A stretch of DNA of 63,999 nucleotides, the filler included, from an uncultured Gemmatimonadota bacterium (GTDB lineage Bacteria; Blakebacterota; Blakebacteria; Blakebacterales; Blakebacteraceae): NCBI GenBank assembly GCA_964576115.1. It is 4 parts of 4 records of this genome, joined end to end, with 100 filler letters (N's around TTAATTAATTAA, not from the genome) between each part and the next. Parts side by side here need not be neighbours in the genome. Positions count along the whole stretch, not along the records: positions 1 to 20,177 come from CAZNUA010000050.1; positions 20,278 to 40,183 come from CAZNUA010000051.1; 2 more parts are not named here. One strand, written 5' to 3'. Position numbers and translations under genes: made by a program. Positions 10,476 through 20,562 of this stretch are shown piece by piece. The notes below the pieces were generated by a model. It had not been told where the DNA came from. It did not search any database and worked only from the letters and a program-made list of their open reading frames with translations. The stretch's first letter is position 1; every line of letters starts with the position of its first letter.

Positions 10476-11705
10476 ATGCCCTTCGCACCCGTTGATGAAC
10501 AGCTCCAGGTTCTGCTTCGCGGCTGCGATGCCGTGATCCGCGAGGATGAACTGCGCGCCAAACTAAACCGGTCGCGAAAGACCGATACACCGCTGATTAT
10601 CAAGGAAGGTTTCGATCCCACCGCCCCCGATCTGCACCTGGGGCACACCGTCTCGATCCGCAAGCTGCAGCAGTTTCAGGATCTCGGGCACACCGTGGTA
10701 TTTCTGATCGGCGATTTCACCGGGCTTATCGGGGATCCGTCGGGCCGCAACGAACAGCGCCGGCAGATGTCTCCCGAAGAGGTGCAGGCCAACGCCGAGA
10801 CCTACAAGGAACAGATCTTCACCATCCTCGATCCCGAGACCACCGTCATCGATTTCAACAGCCGCTGGTCCCTGCCGATGACCAGCCGCGAGATTCTCGA
10901 GCTGGCCAGCCGCTACACTGTGGCCCGGTTGCTGGAGAGGGACGATTTCAGCAAGCGCTACGAGGGGGGAGAGCCGATCAGCATGCTCGAGTTTCTCTAC
11001 CCCCTCTTTCAGGGCTACGACTCGGTGGCTCTCAAAGCCGATGCCGAGCTCGGGGGTACCGATCAGCTCTTCAACCTTCTGGTGGGCCGCGAAATCCAGC
11101 GCGAATACGGTCTCGAACCGCAGGTTGTCATGACCCTGCCCCTGCTGGTCGGTACCGACGGCACCGAGAAGATGAGCAAGAGTCTGGGGAACTACATCGG
11201 CATTTTCGAACCCCCCGAAGAGATGTATGGCAAGACCATGTCGATCCCCGATGATCTGATTCACTCCTGGTACGAGCTGCTGACCGACGTGCCGACGGCC
11301 GAGATCGAGGCGATCGATCGTCAGCTCGCCGAACGCAGTGTCAACCCGCGCGATCTCAAGGCTCGCCTGGCGCGTCATATCGTCACCCAGTATCACGGTC
11401 CCGAGGCCGCCCGGCGGGCGGAGGAACACTTCCGGACCGTCATCGTCGAGAAAGACCTGCCCGACGGAATGCCCGAGGCGGTTGTGAGCGGTCCGGTCTG
11501 GATTGTCGAACTGCTCGAAACCCACGGCCTTGTCGAGAGCCGCGGTGAAGCCCGCCGATTGATCGACCAGGGGGCGGTTTCCCTGGACGGCGAGCGTATC
11601 AGCGATCAGATGTTCGAAGTCCCCGCCGATACCGGGCACGTCATCAAGGTCGGCAAGCGCCGCTTTCTCAGTATTCGGCCGGCGAGCGCTTCAGACGGGG
11701 AGTAA
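10476..11705 (+). CDS. tyrS: Tyrosine--tRNA ligase
   Basis: 'GFDPTAPDLHLGH', 'GGTDQLFN', 'KMSKS' and a C-terminal S4 domain. ATG 10476 follows GGAGG. Confidence 0.98.
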   Translation: MPFAPVDEQLQVLLRGCDAVIREDELRAKLNRSRKTDTPLIIKEGFDPTAPDLHLGHTVSIRKLQQFQDLGHTVVFLIGDFTGLIGDPSGRNEQRRQMSPEEVQANAETYKEQIFTILDPETTVIDFNSRWSLPMTSREILELASRYTVARLLERDDFSKRYEGGEPISMLEFLYPLFQGYDSVALKADAELGGTDQLFNLLVGREIQREYGLEPQVVMTLPLLVGTDGTEKMSKSLGNYIGIFEPPEEMYGKTMSIPDDLIHSWYELLTDVPTAEIEAIDRQLAERSVNPRDLKARLARHIVTQYHGPEAARRAEEHFRTVIVEKDLPDGMPEAVVSGPVWIVELLETHGLVESRGEARRLIDQGAVSLDGERISDQMFEVPADTGHVIKVGKRRFLSIRPASASDGE

Positions 11706-11909
11706 AGCCTCCTCTTTTCGAACCGGTCTGCACTCATCCGGATTTTTCCCTTTCGCAACCTGATCTGTTTTTCGCCAACCACCGGTTGCTCCGGGTCGTT
11801 GATATCCACAGAAGGAGTGACGCAACGTCTGACCGGTCGGACGCATCTTTGTGGAAAGGATCCACTCCCGATGGCACTCAACCGGACCGAGCCCGAGGGA
11901 TAAAAACCC

Positions 11910-13217
11910 ATGGCGGATCGCACGAAAGAAATCCGGTCTTTCGTCGCCTTCATGACCTTGCTGATCGGGATGGGGCTGCTGCTGGCCCTTTCGATAGGGT
12001 GCAGCTCTTCTTCTGCCACCGGTGGGGAGTGGCAGTACGAAGAGACGATCGAGGGCGATGTACGCACCATCCGCACCCTGTCTGGATCTGTCTGGGGCGG
12101 TGAGGTCCGGCTGGTCGAGGAAGCCTCGATCGGCGTTCTCGAAGGCGCCGATGAGCATATGTTCGGAGACATTCGCAGCCTCTGGCAGCACGAGGGCCGG
12201 CTCTTCGTACTCGACTCCGGAGTACCGGCTCTACGCGTCTACGATCTCGAAGGCTCATACATGCAGGATATCGGCGGATCGGGGAGCGGGCCGGGAGAGT
12301 ACCTGCGGCCGCGCAGTATCGCCGTCAGCCCGGTCGATGGCACGATCTACGTGCGCGACGGAAGTCAGGGACGCCTGAACCGATACACCTTTGCCGGCGA
12401 TCCGATCGATAATTGGCCGCTCCTGTCGGGCATGATGACCAGCACCCCCCTGGTCATGACCCCCGACGGCAGGGTGTTCACCACGACCATCCGGATCGAC
12501 TGGGACACCGGTCTCTTCAGCGGCGGGTACATGCAGGCCGGTCCCGAGGGTGCGATCGGGGATACGCTCTGGGAGCCGGAATACGACTTCGATGACTGGC
12601 AGGTGGAAGCCCGCAACGAAGAGGATAGTGTCCATATCGAGAATGTCCCCTTCGCCCCCTCCGTACTCTGGACCCTCTGTCCCGACGGGACCGTCGTCGG
12701 TGGCGTAAGCGAAGAGTACCGCTTCGATCTCTTCTATTCCGACGGACGGCACACGGTGGTGGAGAAAACCTGGGAGCGGGTGCCGGTTCTTGCTGACGAG
12801 GCCAGGTGGTACCGCGACCGCACCACGGCCGATCTGCGAACGACCCTGCCCGGCTGGGCCTGGAACGGGCCTGAAGTGCCCCGCCAAAAACCCGCCTTCG
12901 CCGATTTCATCCCCGACCGCAGCGGCCGTCTCTGGGTCCGCCGGCAGGGGCCGGGAGTGCACCTCGAAGAGGGCGATGATCACCCCCGGGATCGGGCCGA
13001 TTTCTACGCCCGGCCCGCCTGGCGGGAGACCTTTACCTTCGACGTTTTCGACCTCGAGGGTCGGTTCCTGGGTTCGGTGCCGATCCCTGATGGTTTTCAG
13101 TCTTCTCCCGAACCCTTTATCGTCGACGACCTGGTACTGGCGCTGGTGGAGGACGACGAAGGAGTACAGTACGTCAGGCGCTACCGTCTGGTTATTCCGT
13201 CCATACCGGAACGCTGA
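11910..13217 (+). CDS. 6-bladed beta-propeller (NHL-like) lipoprotein, paralog 1
   Basis: Lipobox-like 'LSIGC', 'IGGSGSGPGEY..P..IAV', and C-terminal 'FDVFDLEGRFLG..' and 'VRRYRL'. Confidence 0.8.
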   Translation: MADRTKEIRSFVAFMTLLIGMGLLLALSIGCSSSSATGGEWQYEETIEGDVRTIRTLSGSVWGGEVRLVEEASIGVLEGADEHMFGDIRSLWQHEGRLFVLDSGVPALRVYDLEGSYMQDIGGSGSGPGEYLRPRSIAVSPVDGTIYVRDGSQGRLNRYTFAGDPIDNWPLLSGMMTSTPLVMTPDGRVFTTTIRIDWDTGLFSGGYMQAGPEGAIGDTLWEPEYDFDDWQVEARNEEDSVHIENVPFAPSVLWTLCPDGTVVGGVSEEYRFDLFYSDGRHTVVEKTWERVPVLADEARWYRDRTTADLRTTLPGWAWNGPEVPRQKPAFADFIPDRSGRLWVRRQGPGVHLEEGDDHPRDRADFYARPAWRETFTFDVFDLEGRFLGSVPIPDGFQSSPEPFIVDDLVLALVEDDEGVQYVRRYRLVIPSIPER

Positions 13218-14572
13218 TGGCTGGAAAGGATACAGGTACGATGTCCATATCGCGTGAGTCTCGATTGCATGTCGCAGCATACTTGAACCCGTTCGGGTCT
13301 ATCGCTCCGGTAGTGATTGGTACAGGCCTGCTTGTTCTCGCGGCCTGTGCCGGGGGAGTCGGTGAACGTTCGGGTGATTGGGAATCCGAGATTGCCACCG
13401 AGGGCAATGTCACTACCGTCCGGACCATCAGCGGTTCGATCTGGGACGGCGAGGCCCGACTGGTCGAGGAAGCCTCGATCGGCGAAGCCGACGGTGACGA
13501 CAATTACCTGCTCGGCAATATCGGCAGTCTGTGCGCTCATGACGGGCGGATTTTTTTACTCGATCGCCAGGTTCCGGCCGTGCGGGTGTACGACTGGAAC
13601 GGTCGCTGGATCCGCAATATCGGCCGGGAGGGAAGCGGGCCCGGGGAACTGCGCATGCCCACCTGCGTGCGGGTCAACCCCGTCGACGGCCGCATTTTCG
13701 TGCGCGACGGCAGTGCCGGGCGCCTGAACGTCTACTCCTTCGAGGGTGAATCTCTCGACACCTGGCCGATTCGCTCCGGTTACATGACCTCACGGCAGCT
13801 CATTGTGACACCTGCGGGCCGGATCTGGTCCCCGACCTGGAAAGCGGTGGGAGGAGAGGAGACCATCCTCGATTATCGTGATGCCATGGCGGTTCTCACT
13901 CCCGAGGGCTTCGGCCCCGATACCCTGCTGGCACCGGTCTTCGAATTCGAAGAGTGGCGCATCGAGATCCGGGGCGAGAACCAGTTCATCAGCAATAACG
14001 TGCCCTTCGCACCCGCCTCGAACTGGGTTATGACTCCCCTGGGAACCATGGTCGGCGGAGTCTCCGACGAGTACCGGTTCGACATCTACCACCCCGACGG
14101 CCGGATCGTGCGGATCGAGAAAGAGTGGGAACGCATTCCGGTCACCGCCGACGAACGGTCCTGGCACCGGGCCCGGGCCACCGCCAACATGCGCGGTATG
14201 CAGGAGGGCTGGGCCTGGAACGGCCCCGACCTGCCGAATCACAAGCCGCCCTTCGAAGATTTTCTGACCGACGCCGACGGTCGCATCTGGGTCATCCGAC
14301 CCGGCCCGGGCGTTCTGGATCCCGACGCGCCAGCCCGGCCCGAGGACCGCCGGGAGTTCTGGAGCCACCCGCGCTGGCACGATTCATACTTCATCGATGT
14401 CTTCGACCACGAGGGCCGGTTCCTGGGTTCGCTCGATATCCCCGAGGGTTTTGAGACCTATCCCGAGCCGTACATTGCAGGGCAGACGGTGATTGCACTC
14501 ACGACCGACGCCGCGGGTGTGCCGCGCGTCAAGCGATACCGGCTCGTTCTTCCTGAAGAGGGAGGGGAATGA
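13217..14572 (+). CDS. 6-bladed beta-propeller lipoprotein, paralog 2
   Basis: Lipobox 'LAAC' and 'IGREGSGPGEL', colinear with paralog 1. The start may be ATG 13241. Confidence 0.8.
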   Translation: MAGKDTGTMSISRESRLHVAAYLNPFGSIAPVVIGTGLLVLAACAGGVGERSGDWESEIATEGNVTTVRTISGSIWDGEARLVEEASIGEADGDDNYLLGNIGSLCAHDGRIFLLDRQVPAVRVYDWNGRWIRNIGREGSGPGELRMPTCVRVNPVDGRIFVRDGSAGRLNVYSFEGESLDTWPIRSGYMTSRQLIVTPAGRIWSPTWKAVGGEETILDYRDAMAVLTPEGFGPDTLLAPVFEFEEWRIEIRGENQFISNNVPFAPASNWVMTPLGTMVGGVSDEYRFDIYHPDGRIVRIEKEWERIPVTADERSWHRARATANMRGMQEGWAWNGPDLPNHKPPFEDFLTDADGRIWVIRPGPGVLDPDAPARPEDRREFWSHPRWHDSYFIDVFDHEGRFLGSLDIPEGFETYPEPYIAGQTVIALTTDAAGVPRVKRYRLVLPEEGGE

Positions 14573-14736
14573 TCCGATTTCCCGCGTGTAGTCGGCCTCG
14601 TCATTGTGTCTTATCCTTACAGAACAATGAGAGATGCGATCCACATGTATCACAGTCACCGGGTTCATGACCACTGTTGCGGACCGGATCCGTGAACAAC
14701 CTCGGGCCGACACAGTGAAAGCACGGGGGGAAGCAC

Positions 14737-16059
14737 GTGAGTGAACAGACCGAAAGCAGGTTGAGATCCAACCGGACCGGGGTTCTGCTCTCAGGGGCTC
14801 TGCTCCTGATTGCCGCGGTGCTGGTTCTCTCGGCCTGCTCATCCGGTGGATCGACTGGTGACGTAACCGCTCGCTGGCAGTCTGAAACATCGACCGAGGG
14901 TGGCGTTACAATCGTACGCACTCTGGGCGGCTCGGTCTGGCAGGGCGAAGCCCGTCTGGTCGAGGAAGCCTCGATCGGTTCGACCGACGGGCCCGATGAA
15001 TATCTGCTCGGGCAGATTTCCGGCATGGCGGTCCACGGCGATCGGATCTATATCCTCGATTCCCAGATCCCGGTTGTGCGGGTCTATGATCTCGACGGGG
15101 TCCACCTCATGGATATCGGCCGCAGCGGCGGTGGGCCGGGTGAGTTCCGTGAGCCACGTAGTCTGGCCGTTGATCCGAACACCGGCCGGCTCTTCGTGCG
15201 CGACAGCCAGAATGCCCGGGTGAATATCTACTCCCCCGCGGGTGACCCCCTCGACCAGTGGGCGATCAGTTCCACCTTCAGTACGTCCCGTCCGCTGGTG
15301 GCGACCGTGGGTGGTGAACTGTACACGATGCAGCTTCTCAATCCCGGGAGCAGTCTCGACGACTGGCAGATGGGCATGTGCCGGCTGGGACCGCAGGGGA
15401 CAGAACTCGATACCATTCCCGCTCCGGTCTTCGATTTCGATTCCAGCCAGTGGCGGGTCATCGCCCGCACGGAGAACAACGAATCAGCCACGACCATCCC
15501 CTATGCCCCTGGCGCCATGTGGACCATGACAGCGGAGGGCGCCATGGTCGGCGGGGTCTCGGAGGAGTACCGTTTCGAAGTCCGCTGGCCCGACGGTCAC
15601 ACCACCCGCATCGAGAAAGTCTGGGGCGACCGGGTCCCGGTCCGCCGCGAGGAGGCCGCCTGGCTGCGCCGGCGGATTACCGAACAGTTCCAGGAGAACT
15701 TCCCCGGCTGGGCCTGGAGCAACCACCGGGATATCCCGGGTCATAAACCACCCTACTCTTCGCTGGTGGCCGATCTGAGCGGTCGGATCTGGGTCGGACG
15801 GCTCGGTCCCAGCGTCGAACTCGAGGACGGTGTTATACAGGCCGATGATTCGCGCGACTACTGGCGCTATCCCCGCTGGCGGAGCACGACCTTCTGGGAA
15901 GTCTTCACGGCCGAGGGCGAGTTCCTGGGACCGATCGCGGTGCCGGAGAACCTGCAGCTCGGCGATGCATCCTGGATTCATGAGGATACCGTCGTGGCCC
16001 GTTATACCGATGACGATGGCGTACCCTACGTGAAGCGCTACCGGATCGTCCTGCCCTGA
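14737..16059 (+). CDS. 6-bladed beta-propeller lipoprotein, paralog 3
   Basis: Lipobox 'LSAC' and 'IGRSGGGPGEF', colinear with the other paralogs. Confidence 0.8.
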   Translation: MSEQTESRLRSNRTGVLLSGALLLIAAVLVLSACSSGGSTGDVTARWQSETSTEGGVTIVRTLGGSVWQGEARLVEEASIGSTDGPDEYLLGQISGMAVHGDRIYILDSQIPVVRVYDLDGVHLMDIGRSGGGPGEFREPRSLAVDPNTGRLFVRDSQNARVNIYSPAGDPLDQWAISSTFSTSRPLVATVGGELYTMQLLNPGSSLDDWQMGMCRLGPQGTELDTIPAPVFDFDSSQWRVIARTENNESATTIPYAPGAMWTMTAEGAMVGGVSEEYRFEVRWPDGHTTRIEKVWGDRVPVRREEAAWLRRRITEQFQENFPGWAWSNHRDIPGHKPPYSSLVADLSGRIWVGRLGPSVELEDGVIQADDSRDYWRYPRWRSTTFWEVFTAEGEFLGPIAVPENLQLGDASWIHEDTVVARYTDDDGVPYVKRYRIVLP

Positions 16060-16228
16060 TCTGGTGTCGCGTGACAGGGCACCAGTGCCCGCGGATACGG
16101 TTTCAACCTTGGTCGCCCGGCGGTCATCCAAGGTACAGAGCTGTACTGTCGTCCCTGCCTCACCGGGAGGGAGGCCGGTGACCGGGCGGTACTGTTCCGG
16201 GTGCGGTATTGTCGGAAGGGTGCAATCG

Positions 16229-17494
16229 ATGCGCGCGATCGCAATGACAGGGATACTGCTGATAGCGGTCGGATGTGCCGGCCGACACGGGGGGGTCGAG
16301 GGGGAATGGGAGTTCCGCCGGACGGTGCAGGGGAACACCACCACCGTGAGGACGATATCCGGTTCGGTCTGGGGCGGACGGGCCCAGCTGGTCGAGGAAG
16401 CCTCGATCGGAGATCCCGAACGGGGCGATGCCTATCTGCTGGCTCAGGTCCGGGCCATCGAATGCGACGGTGAGCGGATCTACGTGCTCGACCGGCAGAT
16501 CCCGATCATCCATGTCTACGACATGCAGGGTGAACACCTGCGCGATATCGGGCGTGAAGGCGAGGGGCCGGGGGAGTACTTGCAACCCCGCAGCCTCGCC
16601 ATCAACCCGGCCGATGGCAATCTCTACGTCCGTGACGGCCGGGGGGCGCGGGTTCCCATCTTCACCCCGCAGGGGGAATACGTCGACCAGTGGAGGCTCT
16701 TCGGGGGGTGGTCGTTTGGCAGTCCGATGTTCTTTGCCGATGACGGCAAGCTCTACACCCCGGCGATCATCAACGCCGGACCGAATACCGAGGTCTGGGA
16801 GTGGCGCTCCGGCCGCATCTCCTGGGGCCCCGAAGGGGCTCTCGGTGATACTCTGGCCGAACCGGAGGTGGATTTCGAAGAGTGGCAGTTGATTGCCCAG
16901 AGTTCAGATCACGGAACGTCGGTTAACACCGTGCCCTTTTCACCGGGGGCGAACTGGACCTGGAGCCGGGACCGCAAGATCATTGGGGGCGTCTCGGAGC
17001 AATACCGTTTCGAGGTCCGCTGGCCCGACGGCCGGATTGTTGTCATCGAACGTGACTACGTACCCGTTCCGGTCGATCCCGACGAAGCCCGTTGGCACGA
17101 ACGAGCCGAAACAGCTGGACTACGTGGTGTCCAACCCGGCTGGGCCTGGAACGGGAAACAGATTCCCGCGCACAAACCTCCCTTCGATTATTTCACTGCC
17201 GACCGTAGCGGCCGGATCTGGGTCCAGCGCCCCGGACCGGGCCGGCGCGTCGAGGGCGGCGTGGAAGATCCTCTCTCGAGCAGTGCCTCGGGCTGGTACC
17301 GAAATCCTCTCTGGGTCAATACCTGGATGGTGGATGTCTTTACCTGCGAGGGGGAATTTCTGGGGGAGGTGGACCTACCAGCAGGTTTCAACTTCTCGCC
17401 CGAACCGTACATCCAGGACGATATCGTGATTGCGTATTTCGAGGATGACGAGGGCCTGCCCCATATCAAGAAGTACCGGCTGGTGATGCCCTGA
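16229..17494 (+). CDS. 6-bladed beta-propeller lipoprotein, paralog 4
   Basis: Likely start ATG 16229 (MRAIAMTGILLIAVGC, a lipoprotein signal), with 'IGREGEGPGEY'. Colinear with the other paralogs. Confidence 0.8.
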   Translation: MRAIAMTGILLIAVGCAGRHGGVEGEWEFRRTVQGNTTTVRTISGSVWGGRAQLVEEASIGDPERGDAYLLAQVRAIECDGERIYVLDRQIPIIHVYDMQGEHLRDIGREGEGPGEYLQPRSLAINPADGNLYVRDGRGARVPIFTPQGEYVDQWRLFGGWSFGSPMFFADDGKLYTPAIINAGPNTEVWEWRSGRISWGPEGALGDTLAEPEVDFEEWQLIAQSSDHGTSVNTVPFSPGANWTWSRDRKIIGGVSEQYRFEVRWPDGRIVVIERDYVPVPVDPDEARWHERAETAGLRGVQPGWAWNGKQIPAHKPPFDYFTADRSGRIWVQRPGPGRRVEGGVEDPLSSSASGWYRNPLWVNTWMVDVFTCEGEFLGEVDLPAGFNFSPEPYIQDDIVIAYFEDDEGLPHIKKYRLVMP

Positions 17495-17690
17495 ACCTGA
17501 TCGTTCCAGGCCCTTCCCTTTCACGCTGTCTATCGAACTCCGATCGCGATGGGATCTCCCCGGCGGGAAGCGGGCGGAAATCGTTTATCCCGTCCAGATA
17601 TTTTCCGGGTGAAAAGAGCAATGAGGTTCGAGTACGGTGGGCGTTCACGATTGTCCGGCCTGAAGAGTCAGGGTTGAAAGGGTTTCCACC

Positions 17691-18758
17691 GTGGAAATGA
17701 TTCGGGAATCTCCTCCAGGTCACCTCGCCGGGATCGTCCTCGTCGTGCTCGCGCCGCTCCTGCTCTCGGGATGTTCACGGGAAGAGCCGGCGCTGGCTGC
17801 CCTCGAAGAGCTCCGGAGCGTGGTCCGGGCCGACTACGATACCGGAGAGTACGACTACGAAGGGATCCGGTCGAAGTACTACCCGGACTATGCCGCCTTC
17901 GCTCAGCGGTGGCGGGGTACCGAAGCGGGTTTGCAGGCTGAGCTCTGGATCCTGCAGACGATCCGCAATGCCGATCTGCGCCAGGAGCTCTCAGCCCCTG
18001 AAGTGACGGACAAACTCGACGCGATCTTCGCCGAATACGGGCACTCGCCCCATATCTACCACATGGCCGATTCCTGGTACTCCCTGCCGTCCGAGGAGCT
18101 CGAAGAGCGGTTCGACTATCTGATCGAGCACTCGCCCGACGCCCGGGTCCGGGCTGCGTCGATGTACGCCTTGGTCGACGCCGGCTCCCGCGACAATGCT
18201 TCTGCAGAGCTGGCCGGGCGTCGGGAGGCATTGCTGAACGATCTCGTCCGGGATTACGCCGAGGTGCCCTGGAACAGCACCACTTTCGGAGAGATCGCTG
18301 CGGCCGAACTGAATCCGCACGATCCGGCCGATCTCGAAGTCGGTGATCGGGCGCCTGAAATCACCGGCCGGAACATCGATGGTGAGGAGATGAAACTGAG
18401 CGACTATCTCGGCAACGTGGTGGTTCTTGACTTCTGGGGGGACTGGTGACCGCCTTGCCGGGAGATGTACCCACACGAGCGGTCGCTCGTTGACAGACTC
18501 AGAGACGAACCTTTCACCATCATCGGCGTGAATTCCGATCCGCCCGACGTCTACCGGACGGCGGTCGAAGAGAATGATATCAGCTGGCCGTCCTTTTTCG
18601 ATGGTGGGACGACCGGCGGCCCGATAGCAACCCGCTGGGGAGTACGCCTCTGGCCGACCGTGTATACCTTCGATCATGAGGGCGTGATCCGGGCAATCGG
18701 ACATGCCGTCGATGAGGAACTCGTCGACAGCCTGATCGAGGCGGCCAGACAGAACTGA
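17691..18758 (+). CDS. TlpA/redoxin-family thioredoxin-fold lipoprotein, probable selenoprotein (UxxC; in-frame TGA 18447-18449 read as Sec)
   Basis: ORFs 17691-18449 and 18465-18758 are in the same frame. Readthrough gives 'GDRAPEITG..LSDYLGNVVVLDFWGDW-U-PPCREMYPHERSL..IIGVNSD..WGVRLWPTVYTFDHEGVIR', a complete TlpA domain. There is a lipobox LLSGC and a SECIS-like hairpin downstream. Confidence 0.88.
18472..18492 (+). promoter_or_regulatory. Candidate bacterial SECIS element
   Basis: ACGAGC-GGTC-GCTCGT is a perfect 6-bp stem, extendable by CA/TG. Its G-initiated apical loop begins 31 nt after the TGA. Confidence 0.7.
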
Positions 18759-18862
18759 AAGACCGACAACATTCGGGGAACTCTTGTTTCCGTCGGAGCG
18801 AACCGTTATCATATGAGAAGTCATGATCCCTTGAAAAAAGGGCGTTCGGAGCGATTTGGGAG

Positions 18863-18890
18863 TTGACTGAAGCTCCGGATGTCCTAGATT
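18863..18890 (+). promoter_or_regulatory. Sigma-70 rRNA promoter
   Basis: TTGACT-16 nt-TAGATT, about 200 nt upstream of 16S. The 16-nt spacer is typical of rrn promoters. Confidence 0.65.
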
Positions 18891-18895
18891 GACTG

Positions 18896-18933
18896 GTCCG
18901 CCCTGAACCAGGGGCGGATCTCGTTCTTTGACA
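18896..18933 (+). promoter_or_regulatory. rrn leader antitermination boxB-like hairpin and boxA
   Basis: Hairpin TCCGCCC..GGGCGGA followed by CGTTCTTTGACA (boxA consensus TGCTCTTTAACA). Confidence 0.6.
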
Positions 18934-19088
18934 TGTCCGAGGGTGAAGTCGCAGGGCGATCGTCGATCGCTTTGAGATGGAACCTTGCCTGCTCACGCGA
19001 TCTTCGGATCGCTGTGATGGAGCAAGGATTGCAACTCCATGAACGTCGGCGCAATGAACCTCCGGGTTCTGAGCGTCACACGTTTTTT

Positions 19089-20177
<1,089 letters not shown>

Positions 20178-20277
20178 NNNNNNNNNNNNNNNNNNNNNNN
20201 NNNNNNNNNNNNNNNNNNNNNTTAATTAATTAANNNNNNNNNNNNNNNNNNNNNNNNNNNNNNNNNNNNNNNNNNNN
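20178..20277. other. Artificial contig linker
   Basis: N44-TTAATTAATTAA-N44, giving stops in all six frames. Confidence 0.98.
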
Positions 20278-20280
20278 TGA

Positions 20281-20422
20281 CGATCGTTTTGAGTCGGAGT
20301 GCAATCGGATTACGCCGGAGTGCGATCGGATTACGCCGGAGTGCGATCGGATTGCGCCGAAGAGCGATCGTATTGCGCCTGAGTACAATCGGATTGCGTC
20401 GAAGAGCGATCGTATTGCGCAT
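20281..20422. repeat. 21-bp tandem repeat, about 6.7 copies
   Basis: Consensus CGATCGGATTRCGCCGRAGWG at the contig start. Confidence 0.9.
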
Positions 20423-20502
20423 GCACGTCGGATAGATTCTGAGCTCACTGCTGCTGGCCTCCCTAATGGATCGCGTACAGATGAAATCTTGAGGTAATAC
20501 AG

Positions 20503-20542
20503 AAGAACCGGCACGGCTCTTCGGACAACCCCGCCGGTTCTT
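20503..20542 (-). terminator. Inverted repeat, probable terminator of the PhoD-like gene
   Basis: 10-bp stem AAGAACCGGC / GCCGGTTCTT, 20 nt past the minus-strand stop. Confidence 0.5.
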
Positions 20543-20562
20543 GTATTCAGTGATCGGTGGAT

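Noticed and set aside
17691-18758. Pseudogene or two separate genes
   Set aside because: The only lesion is a TGA exactly at the catalytic Cys position, followed by a SECIS-like hairpin. Sec recoding is more parsimonious.
20222-20233. TTAATTAATTAA palindrome within N runs (also at 40228 and 60054)
   Set aside because: It is an artificial six-frame-stop linker between contigs. Adjacencies across it (e.g. 16S next to phoD, nusA next to padR) are not biological.
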